Shown: piece after piece, positions 31,015-40,364 of the stretch
Numbering within the stretch: the stretch's first letter is position 1
Layout: each line of letters starts with the position of its first letter
Origin: a bacterium
GTDB taxonomy: Bacteria > RBG-13-61-14 > DATKZS01
NCBI GenBank assembly: GCA_963674965.2
Contig: CAXXFL010000001.1
Span: 1,088,001-1,152,000 of the forward strand
Length of the DNA stretch: 64,000 nt
Direction of reading: 5' to 3'
The notes under the pieces: generated by a model
What the model was told of the DNA's origin: nothing
The model's database searches: none
Seen by the model: the letters and a program-made list of their open reading frames with translations, nothing else
Made by a program: the position numbers and the translations under genes

Positions 31015-32262
31015 CTAGACAATAGTCAACAAGGACGCGATCTCGGCGTGGTCTCCTTCCCTGGCCGCGTCGAGAGGCGTCTTGCCCTTCTCATCCTTGG
31101 CCAAGGGGTCAGCCCCTCGTGAAAGAAGAAACTCGACCAGGTCGGACCTTCCCGACCTCGAGGCCAGGTGAAGCGGCGTCAAACCCGCCGCGTCGCGGGC
31201 GTTAACCTCGGCCTTCCGGGCCAAAAGCAGCTCCGCCGACTTAAGGTCCCCAGCCTGGGCCGCCGCGTGAAGCGGAGTAAAGCCACCCCGCGCCCTGGCG
31301 TTCACGTCCGCGCCCTTCCCGAGAAGCAGCCAGACCATGGCCTGCCGGTCCTGGGAAATGGCCACGTGAAGAGGAGTACGGCCCTGGTCGTCAACGCGGT
31401 TGACCCTGCCCGGGTCCTCGGCCAGAAGCTCCGACACCGCCCGCAGATTGCCCAGCATCACCGCGTCCATGACGTAATAGCGAGCGCCCTTCTCGATCAG
31501 GTGGTCGGCAAGGCCGGAGTGCCCCCTGCCCACCGCGCGGTTAAGGGGCGTGTAGCCCGACTCCGTCTGGTGGTTGACGTTGGCCCCGCTCTCGAGAAGC
31601 AGGTCCACAGCCGCCCGGTTGCCGGTCTCGGCCGCCAGATGAAGGGGGGTCATGCCGAGTTGATCAACCACGTGGACGCCGGCGCCCTTCCCGATTAAAA
31701 GCCTCATGACCTCCACTTGCTCGCGTGAGGCGGCCAGATGCAAGAGGCTTCTTCCCAGGCGGTCGGACGCGTTGGGACCGGCCCCCCTTTCGACGAAAAG
31801 CGCCACCGCGTCCCATTTGCCCGCCGCGGCCGCCAGTATGGAACAGACCACGCCGTCGGCGTCGGCCAGGTTGGGGTCCGCGCCAAAGTCAAGAAGATGG
31901 TTGACGGCCTCGAGGCTTCCCGCCTGGGCCGCGGCGTGCAGGGCGGACCGGAACCTGAGGTCAAGGGCGTCCACGCCGGCCCCGTTTTCCAGAAGCAGCT
32001 TCACCGCCGCGCCGTGGCCGCCACCCGCGGCCAGGTGAAGAGCGGACTGGCCGGCCAGGTCACGGGCGCCGATCTTGGCCCTGGTGTCCAGAAGCACCCG
32101 GAGTATCTCGGGGTCGCCCCCCATCGACGCCAGATGGAGGGGCGTAAGACCGCGGCCGTCCCTGGCGTCGACCGCCTCGGGGTCTTTAAGCATGACCTTG
32201 GCGGCCTCGAGGTCTCCCTTTTCGATCGCCTCATGAAGCGATATGTTCTCTTCCATATTCAT
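31015..32262 (-). CDS. Ankyrin-repeat protein (about 11-12 repeats)
   Basis: Repeated G.TPLH.AA..G......LL..GA.VN motifs. Confidence 0.95.
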   Translation of the reverse strand: MNMEENISLHEAIEKGDLEAAKVMLKDPEAVDARDGRGLTPLHLASMGGDPEILRVLLDTRAKIGARDLAGQSALHLAAGGGHGAAVKLLLENGAGVDALDLRFRSALHAAAQAGSLEAVNHLLDFGADPNLADADGVVCSILAAAAGKWDAVALFVERGAGPNASDRLGRSLLHLAASREQVEVMRLLIGKGAGVHVVDQLGMTPLHLAAETGNRAAVDLLLESGANVNHQTESGYTPLNRAVGRGHSGLADHLIEKGARYYVMDAVMLGNLRAVSELLAEDPGRVNRVDDQGRTPLHVAISQDRQAMVWLLLGKGADVNARARGGFTPLHAAAQAGDLKSAELLLARKAEVNARDAAGLTPLHLASRSGRSDLVEFLLSRGADPLAKDEKGKTPLDAAREGDHAEIASLLTIV

Positions 32263-32355
32263 AAATGAGTTACGATCGCGAGCGCAATATTAGATTAACC
32301 GCAAATAAAGAACCCTTCCAGGAAAAATACGGTCGGGTAAATTAAAGGGACGGTA

Positions 32356-33882
32356 TTATCGCTCGAGCGCCTTTTCAAGAGAGGTGGCCCAGATAACGTC
32401 GCTTCGGCCGTCCACCATGGCGATCACGTCTCCCCTGATGGCGATGTCCCGGGTCCGCCATCTCGGCGCGGCTATCTTCTCGTCGATTCCCGCCCGGATG
32501 TATTTCCCGCCCAGCGCCCGCTCCGGGTCGATGACGTAAATAAGGTCGTCGCCAAGCGAGCCGTTGATCTCGAAAAGCCTTTTGCCGTCCGTGGCCAGTC
32601 CCCTCGAGAAGCCGGCGTTCCGATACCACGCCACCACGGCGTCCGAGGCGTCCCCCTTGGCGAAGGCCTTCTCGTAGTCCACCACGATGGTCTTGTAAAG
32701 GTGCATGTACTCGCTGATCAGCATGCGCCTGGTCCCGTTTAGCTCGACGAACTCGCAGGCCACGGGCGCGTCGAGGGTCGCGTCGAAGCTCCGGTTGATC
32801 GCGGCTATCTTTCTTTCAAGACTATGGGCCACGTCGATCTCGAAGACGCTTCTCGAGAGGCGGTCGGTGATGTAGAGCATGTCTCCCAGCGTGGCCGCGC
32901 CGTGTTGCCGGTGCATGGCGAAAGGAATCCGGAAGGAACCCTCGAGCCTCAGCCTTTGCATGGGACCCCTCACGTGATAGATGGTCGCGAAACTGAGTTC
33001 CCGATCGAAGGCCGACACCAGCCAGCCGTCCTTATACCCAGCCACGGCCCAGGGGTTTTCGTTCTCCTTTAAAAAATACAGATCCGAGCTTTTCTCCCAT
33101 TTCGGCTTGACGTCGGGGAACTCGACCATGGCCACGATCTGGGTGTAGGCGCCGAGGAATAAAAGAACGGCCACCACCGAGGCCGGGATAAAAAAGTTGA
33201 GTGGACGCCAGAACTCGGGCGGCTTTCCTCCTTCCCGCCTTATGGTTCTCTCCTGCTCCATGATCTTGGGCAGGTCGTACTTCCAGTTGAAGCCGCGCTT
33301 GAGACGGAGGAAGCTCTGGACCGCCGAGAAGGTCATGACCGCGCAAAATATGGGGATGAGAAAAGGCGCCAGGTTCAGCCCGGTAAAGGCCCAGACCATA
33401 TACATGCCGTAGACGATGTACTTGCTCCGGAAGATGTACTGCATGGGTATGCCCTGAGCGTTCTGGATAACGCTGAAGGCTATCATCACCACGTAGACCA
33501 CGATATAGTAGGCGCCTATCTGCCCGTCAACCATGTCGTAATGGATAAAGCCGAGCATGATGACGATCATGCCAAGCTGGTCGACCACCACGTCGGTAAA
33601 GGCGCCCGCCTGGGTCGGCCGGTTAAGATACCTGGCGTAGGCCCCGTCTATGCCGTCGAAGACCACGTATAGCAAAATAAAAAGAAAGGCCCGGTGCGGA
33701 TGCGACACGAACCAGACGACCACGCCCGTGAGCAGCGCGAGGCCCGTGTAGGAGATGGCGTCGGGCTTGATATGAAGGCGGACGAACGCCCTGCCCATCC
33801 ATCCGAAAAGACGGTTCTTGATCTCGTTGGCGCGCTTGGCGCCTTCCCGCTCGGAATCGGTAAAGGTATTGAAAAATGAAAT
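32356..33882 (-). CDS. CDP-alcohol phosphatidyltransferase fused to a C-terminal beta-rich (propeller-like) domain
   Basis: DGIDGAYARYLNRPTQAGAFTDVVVD signature. Frame is open to ATT at 33882 behind GGAGGT; first ATG is 33798. Confidence 0.8.
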   Translation of the reverse strand: MSFFNTFTDSEREGAKRANEIKNRLFGWMGRAFVRLHIKPDAISYTGLALLTGVVVWFVSHPHRAFLFILLYVVFDGIDGAYARYLNRPTQAGAFTDVVVDQLGMIVIMLGFIHYDMVDGQIGAYYIVVYVVMIAFSVIQNAQGIPMQYIFRSKYIVYGMYMVWAFTGLNLAPFLIPIFCAVMTFSAVQSFLRLKRGFNWKYDLPKIMEQERTIRREGGKPPEFWRPLNFFIPASVVAVLLFLGAYTQIVAMVEFPDVKPKWEKSSDLYFLKENENPWAVAGYKDGWLVSAFDRELSFATIYHVRGPMQRLRLEGSFRIPFAMHRQHGAATLGDMLYITDRLSRSVFEIDVAHSLERKIAAINRSFDATLDAPVACEFVELNGTRRMLISEYMHLYKTIVVDYEKAFAKGDASDAVVAWYRNAGFSRGLATDGKRLFEINGSLGDDLIYVIDPERALGGKYIRAGIDEKIAAPRWRTRDIAIRGDVIAMVDGRSDVIWATSLEKALER

Positions 33883-33932
33883 GGCGGACCTCCCCCCGGC
33901 CCAGTCTGGCGCCGCGGCGCTATATCAGCCGG

Positions 33933-34352
33933 CTATTCGCCGACGATCTGCACGATAACCTCTCTTCTTCTCGCGCGGTTGTCGTGATCCATCAGCACTA
34001 TCTGCTGCCACGTGCCCAGCATAAGGCGGCCGCCCGAAAAGGGGACCGCGAAGCCCGCGCCGGTCAGGGCCGCCCGGACGTGAGAGAAGCCGTTCCCGTC
34101 GTGCCACCTCAGGTTGTGCTTGTATTCCCGGTCCGCGCCGGCTATTTCCTCGAGGGCCCGCTTCAGGTCGGCCACGGCCCCGCTCTCGTACTCGATGGTG
34201 GTTATGCCCGCGGTCGAGCCGCCCACGAAGGCCAGGCAGATGCCCGACTCGAGTCCCGACTCGGAGACGGCGCCCGCCACCTGGCCCGTGATATCGATAA
34301 TGTCCGAGAAGCCCTTGCCCTCGACCTCGAACGTTTTCGTGACCACCGCCAC
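33933..34352 (-). CDS. yjbQ: YjbQ/UPF0047 family protein
   Basis: STAGITTIE, YKHN...DGNGFSH, LGTWQQI..D. Confidence 0.88.
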   Translation of the reverse strand: MAVVTKTFEVEGKGFSDIIDITGQVAGAVSESGLESGICLAFVGGSTAGITTIEYESGAVADLKRALEEIAGADREYKHNLRWHDGNGFSHVRAALTGAGFAVPFSGGRLMLGTWQQIVLMDHDNRARRREVIVQIVGE

Positions 34353-34369
34353 GGCCGCCTCCTTGAAAA

Positions 34370-35593
34370 CTAGCCGAATATCTTGCGGTCGAACAGGCCC
34401 GCGTTGACCACCTCGCCCTTCATGACCGTGTACTCGGGAAAAATCCGTTTGTCCGTCTTGCGCTTTTGCCTCTTCACGTCCTCGCAGACGAAGTCGCCGG
34501 TCTCCACTTTAAACACCGTCATGGTGGCCTCCGATCCGACCTTGATCTCACGCTCGAGCCCGAGGAACTGGGCCGGCTTGGAGCTCGCCTTGTACATTAT
34601 GTCCTCGAGCGGAACGCCCAGGGTCAGGAATTGGGTGAGCACGTTGGCGAAGGTCCTGGCGTAAAGCCTGGTGGTAAGAATATACAGATCGGAACTGATG
34701 GTAAAGTCGTCGAAGCCCTGGTCAAGGGCGCTTTCGGCCGCCTCGAACTGGAAGCTGCCCATGCCGTGACCCACGTCGAACCGGACTCCCCTGGCCTTGG
34801 CCTCCTTGACCGCGTCAAGCAGCTTGAGGTCCTCGCCGACCACAGAGTTCTCGATGGGCCGGAAGCAATGGGTGATGAAGTCGCCTTCCTTGAGATAGGG
34901 AAGGACCTCGGGCAGGGCGGGAGGCGGCGAGCCGATGTGGATCATGAGGGGAAGACCGAAACGGTCGCCCGCCTCACGGCATTTACGCAAGTAATAGAGC
35001 CGGTCCTTCCTGGGCGTCACCTGATGGTCGGCCCGGAACTTGATTCCCACGATCCTGTCCCTGTTTTGCTCGATCACCTTTTCCATGGCCGGGATATCGT
35101 CCCATCCCGTACGGGTCATATAGAAGTCGGTCAGCTTGATGCCGCCCCTGGCTATGTAGATGAAGGCGTAACAGGGGACCTCGTCGCTGCCCTCGGCCGC
35201 CTTAACGAGACGGTTGAAATTGTCCACGCCCGTGGTGCCGGCGTCGACCATGCCCGTCACTCCCAGCTTGGTCCCCAGCCGCTTGATGGGCGAGCCGGCC
35301 GTCTTTCCTTCCCTCCAGCTCACGTAATGCACGTGAAGGTCCACCCAGCCGGGGGAGGCGTACAACTCGCCGCCGCCCCGCGTGGTCCTTGCCCCGGAAA
35401 GGGTACCCGGCTCGGCAATGGCCGAGATGACCCCGTTGTCCACGCCCACGTCGCGGCGCGCGAACTTGCCGTCCACCAGGGCCATCACGTCGCTGAGCAC
35501 CAACTCATGAGCGTTCCCCGCCCGGCCGACCGCGCCAAGTCCCATTACGGCCGCCCCCGCCGCGGCGGAGCCCACGAATTTTCTTCTGTCCAT
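34370..35593 (-). CDS. Amidohydrolase/deacetylase (dihydroorotase-like) with Tat signal
   Basis: MDRRKFVG Tat motif. PGWVDLHVH, DAGTTG, GIK, MIHIG, THCF, DVGHGMGSF, ISSD. Confidence 0.85.
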   Translation of the reverse strand: MDRRKFVGSAAAGAAVMGLGAVGRAGNAHELVLSDVMALVDGKFARRDVGVDNGVISAIAEPGTLSGARTTRGGGELYASPGWVDLHVHYVSWREGKTAGSPIKRLGTKLGVTGMVDAGTTGVDNFNRLVKAAEGSDEVPCYAFIYIARGGIKLTDFYMTRTGWDDIPAMEKVIEQNRDRIVGIKFRADHQVTPRKDRLYYLRKCREAGDRFGLPLMIHIGSPPPALPEVLPYLKEGDFITHCFRPIENSVVGEDLKLLDAVKEAKARGVRFDVGHGMGSFQFEAAESALDQGFDDFTISSDLYILTTRLYARTFANVLTQFLTLGVPLEDIMYKASSKPAQFLGLEREIKVGSEATMTVFKVETGDFVCEDVKRQKRKTDKRIFPEYTVMKGEVVNAGLFDRKIFG

Positions 35594-35633
35594 TTATCGT
35601 CCTCCATTTTTCCCCCATTACAGGGCGACGCGA

Positions 35634-37625
35634 TCATTCGACGATCCTTTTAGCGTTCCTGAAGTCGAGGGTCATCGAGAGGCCCGCGTGATTCACCTCG
35701 ATTAAGTCCGAGTAGCGCTCGGCCGAGACGTAAGGATTATAGTAGCGCTTATTCCTTATTAATGGAATTTCCCGGCCGTCCACCTTGAAAGGTCCGGTCC
35801 AGGCGAACTCGACCGCGCCGAGGGAGGGACTTTCATAGCGAAGGTCCGTTCCCTCCACCTTGAGGTTGGCGCTCGAGACCCGGTCCATGAAATCCTCGAA
35901 GGTCCCGTTTTCCGCCTCCCGGCCCATCTCGATCAGCCAGACGTTCACCATGCCGGGCGCGACCAGTTCCGATTCCTTGCCCCTCTCGGCGCCTTTCCAT
36001 TTTGTTTTTCGTTTCGAGTAAAGCGCCGCGTAGGCCTTGTCCTTTTTCGCGAAGGTCCAGTTTCCCATCCGCTCGACCCGGTCGAAGGCCGCCCGCGGAA
36101 ACCAGGCGTGGGTCATCCGATATCTCCACGTCTCGCCGATGGCCGGCGTGGAAGGCGGGTTATAGATGGCCACCAGTACGTTTTTGTACTGCGCGGCCCT
36201 GGGTCCCGCTCCGTTGCCGTTCCAATAGGAAGGCTTCTTTCCCGCCAGTACCTTGCCCGGGTGCTGGGTGAAGATCACCGCGTCGGGGCCCATGCCGGCG
36301 GTCCAGACGAGATTCTGGGCCATGATCTCGCCGGGCCTCCAGTCCAGCAGGCACGACAGAATATAATCCGGCGTCCGGTAGGTATAGGTATGAGCGTCAT
36401 GCAAATAGGCCCCGTCCGTGGCCAACCGGGCGGCGAAGACGTCGTCGAGCCATCCGGCCTTGTCGGCCAGGACCCCGAGCCTAGCCATGCCCATGAAGAA
36501 GGCGTTGTCGTAAAGCTTCCATTCCCGCCACATTTTCGCGGTCACCGCGGCGGTCTTTTCGTGCGCGTACATTCCCATGCCCCAATAGAGCATGCCGTTG
36601 TCAACGTCGGTCAGGGACTCTCCCATTTCCTCGGCCTGGTTCACGTTAAAGCCGTGGGCCTGGTAATTCTCGTAGGTGGCCTCATCGTCCAGGGCTATCG
36701 AGACCACCGCCGCCGCCGGCCGGTAGCCGGAGGTGGCCAGGGCAACGGCGTCCTTGCTGGCCCTGGGCGGCTCCAATAATACGTCCGGGCGTCCGAACAG
36801 AATATAGAAGGCCCGCCGATTGTCGTCTCCCCTCGCCGTTGTCACCTGCTTCCTGCTCGTCCTGCCATGGGTGCAGATGAAGTTGCCCTTAAATGAATTC
36901 AGGGCCATGTTAAGGGCCAACTGGTCCAGGGCCATGGCCGCCCGGACCCTCATCTCGGGATCGGGCGCGAAGTCGTAAACGTTGGCCAGGGCGAAGATAT
37001 CCTCGGTGTAATAGATGTTCGAGAACCACTCGGAGAAACCGTAACGCTCCCGCCGGTCGAACCACCTCTCGAGCAGCCGCTTGCCCTTTTCCCGGTGCTC
37101 GGCGCCGGTCATGCCGGAGTTGGAAAAGGTCCGGTCCGGGTACAAGGCCCCGGCCAGGTACTCGGCTCCGTTAAAGAGTACCTGGTGGTTTTCGGACCAG
37201 TAGCACATGCTGTCCTTGCCCGGCTCGTCGATCCAGAACTTGAAATCCAGGATGGACCGCTCGAGGGCTTCCCTCCCGTCGGCCGGCAAGCGGGGGTCGT
37301 CGCCGTAAAGATACATGAGCCTCAACATGCCGGCCATGATGAAATCCGAGCAATCGAGCCTCGAGTTGACGTGAATAAGGTTGGCCTCGAGGGCCGACTT
37401 GCGAACGGGCCTGTCAGTGGACAGAAGGGCCAAGGCGCCGAAGGCCCCTTTTACGTCGCCGGGAAGACTTTCAAGGTAGGCCCTGCTCCTCGACTCGTAA
37501 TCGGCTTCCTCAAGAGGCCCGGCGGCCGCGCAAAAAAGAGCGGGCAATATAAGAACCAGCGCCGGCAAGACGCGTTTAAAGCCGTTGCAAAAAGCGGGCA
37601 AGGGACCTCCCATTTTTTCGACCAC
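35634..37625 (-). CDS. Exported hypothetical protein (helical N-half plus beta-rich C-half, heparinase-like layout)
   Basis: 663-aa ORF in an operon-like chain with a signal-peptide-like segment. YWSENHQ and FSEWFSNIY motifs. Exact start uncertain. Confidence 0.65.
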   Translation of the reverse strand: MVEKMGGPLPAFCNGFKRVLPALVLILPALFCAAAGPLEEADYESRSRAYLESLPGDVKGAFGALALLSTDRPVRKSALEANLIHVNSRLDCSDFIMAGMLRLMYLYGDDPRLPADGREALERSILDFKFWIDEPGKDSMCYWSENHQVLFNGAEYLAGALYPDRTFSNSGMTGAEHREKGKRLLERWFDRRERYGFSEWFSNIYYTEDIFALANVYDFAPDPEMRVRAAMALDQLALNMALNSFKGNFICTHGRTSRKQVTTARGDDNRRAFYILFGRPDVLLEPPRASKDAVALATSGYRPAAAVVSIALDDEATYENYQAHGFNVNQAEEMGESLTDVDNGMLYWGMGMYAHEKTAAVTAKMWREWKLYDNAFFMGMARLGVLADKAGWLDDVFAARLATDGAYLHDAHTYTYRTPDYILSCLLDWRPGEIMAQNLVWTAGMGPDAVIFTQHPGKVLAGKKPSYWNGNGAGPRAAQYKNVLVAIYNPPSTPAIGETWRYRMTHAWFPRAAFDRVERMGNWTFAKKDKAYAALYSKRKTKWKGAERGKESELVAPGMVNVWLIEMGREAENGTFEDFMDRVSSANLKVEGTDLRYESPSLGAVEFAWTGPFKVDGREIPLIRNKRYYNPYVSAERYSDLIEVNHAGLSMTLDFRNAKRIVE

Positions 37626-37635
37626 GCCTCGCCGA

Positions 37636-40278
37636 TCAGTTGGGCTCGAGGGTAAGATGGTAAGCGGCCTCGGCCTTGACCCTCTCCGGGTCCATGGTCG
37701 CGGTGACGTACTCGCCGTTGACGTACATCTCGTGCATGTCGCGGTAATGGGGCGAGAGCCACTGCCCGGACTCGGAGCCGTCGATAATCATGAGCGCGTT
37801 GTCCGGGTCTCCCATGTCCATGATGTGTCTCAGCACCGGTCCGCCCATGGTCTTCCAGGGGTTCTTGCCGAAGCCGGCCGTGCTCGCGTTACGAACGGTC
37901 TGGTCCGCGCCCAGGTGCGGATATGGCCCGACGGAAAGCTCGGAAAGCGGCCCCCACCCGAGCGGATGATACCACTTGATGGTATGCAACTTGCCCCACT
38001 CGCGGCTCGAGGGGTCCTTACCGTACTTCTTCTCCACCTTCTTCATGGCGTCGTGAAGAGACTTGACGATTATATCGTTCGCGTCCTCGACGACGTCCCC
38101 GGTGCGCTTGTCGTCGAAAAAGGGAGACTCGCCGGCCTCGACCCACATGGTCACCGCGTCGTCAAGACGGCCGCCCGCCAAAAATGCCTTGTAGTCGCGA
38201 GCGGGCATCTCGTCCTCCAGGGTGTTCCTTCTCAGCTCCTTGATGAAGGTGAAAAAGATGGACGGGGCCGTCGCGTCGTGATCGGCCATGAAGTCCCAAT
38301 TCCTCAGTTCCTCGGCGGCCTTTAATACCAGCTCGTCGTCGGGCGACTTGGCCTCGACCGCCTTAAGTATATAGGGGACCTCCCACTCGGCCCGTTTTAC
38401 CAGCACGTCATTCTGAATCCTGACCATGTCGTCCACGTCGAGCGGCTTTAGCTCGTCGATCAACTCCTCGATCCTCCATGCCCTCCAGCCGTCCCCATAG
38501 TTGGTGGCGAAGACGTAAGGATACCACTCCGCGTCGACCACCTCGTTGTTGGCCGTGACCATGAAGCCGCGTTCGGGATTCACGGCCATGGGCAGCTCGT
38601 TCACCGGGATAAACCCGGTCCAGTCGTATTCTCCCGTCTCGCCCGGCGCCGGCATGACGCCCAGGCCCTTTTTCCGTATCGGTACCAGGCCGCCCGGCAC
38701 GTAGGCGATGCGTCCGTCCGCGTCGGCGGCGACCCAGCTCTGGTTGGGCACGACCAAAAGGTCCATGGCCTCGATGAAGTCGTCCACCGACTCGGCCGCG
38801 CACAGCTTGTTATACATGGCCGCGAAATGCCGTATCTTCACGTTCTCCCGCGGGATGGTCCTGAACTTGACCATGAACTCCTCGACGCTTTTCGAGCTCA
38901 CCGCCGCATGGAAAACCTCGAGGTTGGTATCGAAGTCCCATCCCGTCCAGCGCATGGCGATGGGGGGAGTACCGCGGGGAAGCTTGCCCGCTATATCGTT
39001 GATGATCGGGCCGTGTACGCTGTGCCTTATCTTAACCACCCGGTTTTGCGTCCGCGACCCAACCCTGACCTTAATAATCTCCTCCCTCACGGTGAAGGGC
39101 AGCCACTGGCCCTTGTAGCGATACATGCCGGGCCGGTCGGGGCTGGTCGTCTCGATGAACAGGTCCTGCACGTCGGCGGCGGTGGTGGTGGCGCCCCACG
39201 AGAGCTTGCGCGTGTGGCCGAGAACGGGGTAGGGACTGAGAGGAAAGGCCACGCCATAACAGTCGAACTTGCCGCCCTTGATCCGCATCATGTAAAAGAG
39301 CGAGGGCTCGATATGGGCCAGGTGCGGGTCGTTGCACAAGATGGGAGAGCCTTTCTCAGTGAGCTTGCCCGACACCACCCAGTTGTTCGAGGCCAGAGGA
39401 TAATCGTGATGAAAGAAGCTTTTGATGGCAGAGTCGGCCAGGAGCAGGTCGAAGGCCGCGTCGGCGGAAAGAGGCAGGTCGTATCCCAACTCCTCGCTGG
39501 AGGGGGCCCCGCCGGGTGGAAGGTCCCTGGGACTATCGAGCCCGTTCCGCAGTATCTCGGGCGGCACGATGGTCGGTCCGGGCGAATAATGGAGCGGCAA
39601 TAGTTTCCATCCCAGCTCGGGACCGTACTTCTCGAACAGGCCGTACCTTAAAAGCTCGAGGTCCATGTTCGCCGCCAGCATGCTTCCGATAAACGCGCCC
39701 AGGCTGGCCAGGTCGGCGACCCGGAAGGGCTCGGGCTTCAGCCTCAGCACCTGGAACTCGAGGGGTAGCTCATCCCAGCTCTCGTGGGTCCTTATATACT
39801 CGTTGGCCCCCTCGCAGTAGGCGTTCAAGAGGTCGTAATTCTCGCGGTCGACCTCTCTTAGCATAGCCTCGCCCATCTCGCCCACCCACTTGAGACCCAT
39901 TATCCGCTGCCTTTTGTCCATCTCGAAAGTCCGGAGGGAAAAGCCGCTGATGCCTTGTCCCGGCACTCCCAGGTCCCCGAAAATCTCGGAGAGCCTTCCC
40001 TCGGCGATGGCCCGGAGCAGGGTCATCTCCCAGAGCCTGTCCTGGGCCTGCACGTATCCCACGGCGTAGAACAGGTCGCGCTCGTTGTCCGCGAATATAT
40101 GAGGAACGCCGCGCTCGTCGCGATATACGTTGACCTCCTTTTGCAGGCCCGACATGGACAGGGTCCCTTCATACTGGGCCAGGGGCGGGTCCTTTTCGTA
40201 TTTTCTGGCGGCCGAATAGCACCCGGCGAACGCGAAAAGCACGACAAGGGCGAGGGCCCGCTTTTGTTTCCAAGGCAT
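37636..40278 (-). CDS. Penicillin acylase family Ntn hydrolase (lipoprotein)
   Basis: Lipobox FAG-C. RDERGVPHI, GYVQAQDRL, A|SNNWVV catalytic Ser, NDPHL, TANN, WGKLH, SGQWLSPHY. Confidence 0.93.
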   Translation of the reverse strand: MPWKQKRALALVVLFAFAGCYSAARKYEKDPPLAQYEGTLSMSGLQKEVNVYRDERGVPHIFADNERDLFYAVGYVQAQDRLWEMTLLRAIAEGRLSEIFGDLGVPGQGISGFSLRTFEMDKRQRIMGLKWVGEMGEAMLREVDRENYDLLNAYCEGANEYIRTHESWDELPLEFQVLRLKPEPFRVADLASLGAFIGSMLAANMDLELLRYGLFEKYGPELGWKLLPLHYSPGPTIVPPEILRNGLDSPRDLPPGGAPSSEELGYDLPLSADAAFDLLLADSAIKSFFHHDYPLASNNWVVSGKLTEKGSPILCNDPHLAHIEPSLFYMMRIKGGKFDCYGVAFPLSPYPVLGHTRKLSWGATTTAADVQDLFIETTSPDRPGMYRYKGQWLPFTVREEIIKVRVGSRTQNRVVKIRHSVHGPIINDIAGKLPRGTPPIAMRWTGWDFDTNLEVFHAAVSSKSVEEFMVKFRTIPRENVKIRHFAAMYNKLCAAESVDDFIEAMDLLVVPNQSWVAADADGRIAYVPGGLVPIRKKGLGVMPAPGETGEYDWTGFIPVNELPMAVNPERGFMVTANNEVVDAEWYPYVFATNYGDGWRAWRIEELIDELKPLDVDDMVRIQNDVLVKRAEWEVPYILKAVEAKSPDDELVLKAAEELRNWDFMADHDATAPSIFFTFIKELRRNTLEDEMPARDYKAFLAGGRLDDAVTMWVEAGESPFFDDKRTGDVVEDANDIIVKSLHDAMKKVEKKYGKDPSSREWGKLHTIKWYHPLGWGPLSELSVGPYPHLGADQTVRNASTAGFGKNPWKTMGGPVLRHIMDMGDPDNALMIIDGSESGQWLSPHYRDMHEMYVNGEYVTATMDPERVKAEAAYHLTLEPN

Positions 40279-40364
40279 GTTTCCCTCCTATGCTGGTTTT
40301 TTAGCGAAACGAGACGGGACGGACGCGCGAACGAATCCGGTCGTGAAGCGGCGCTAATATCCGC

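Noticed and set aside
31015-32262. DNA-level periodicity suggestive of a CRISPR or tandem repeat array
   Set aside because: Explained by 33-aa ankyrin coding repeats; no identical repeats with unique spacers and no cas genes.
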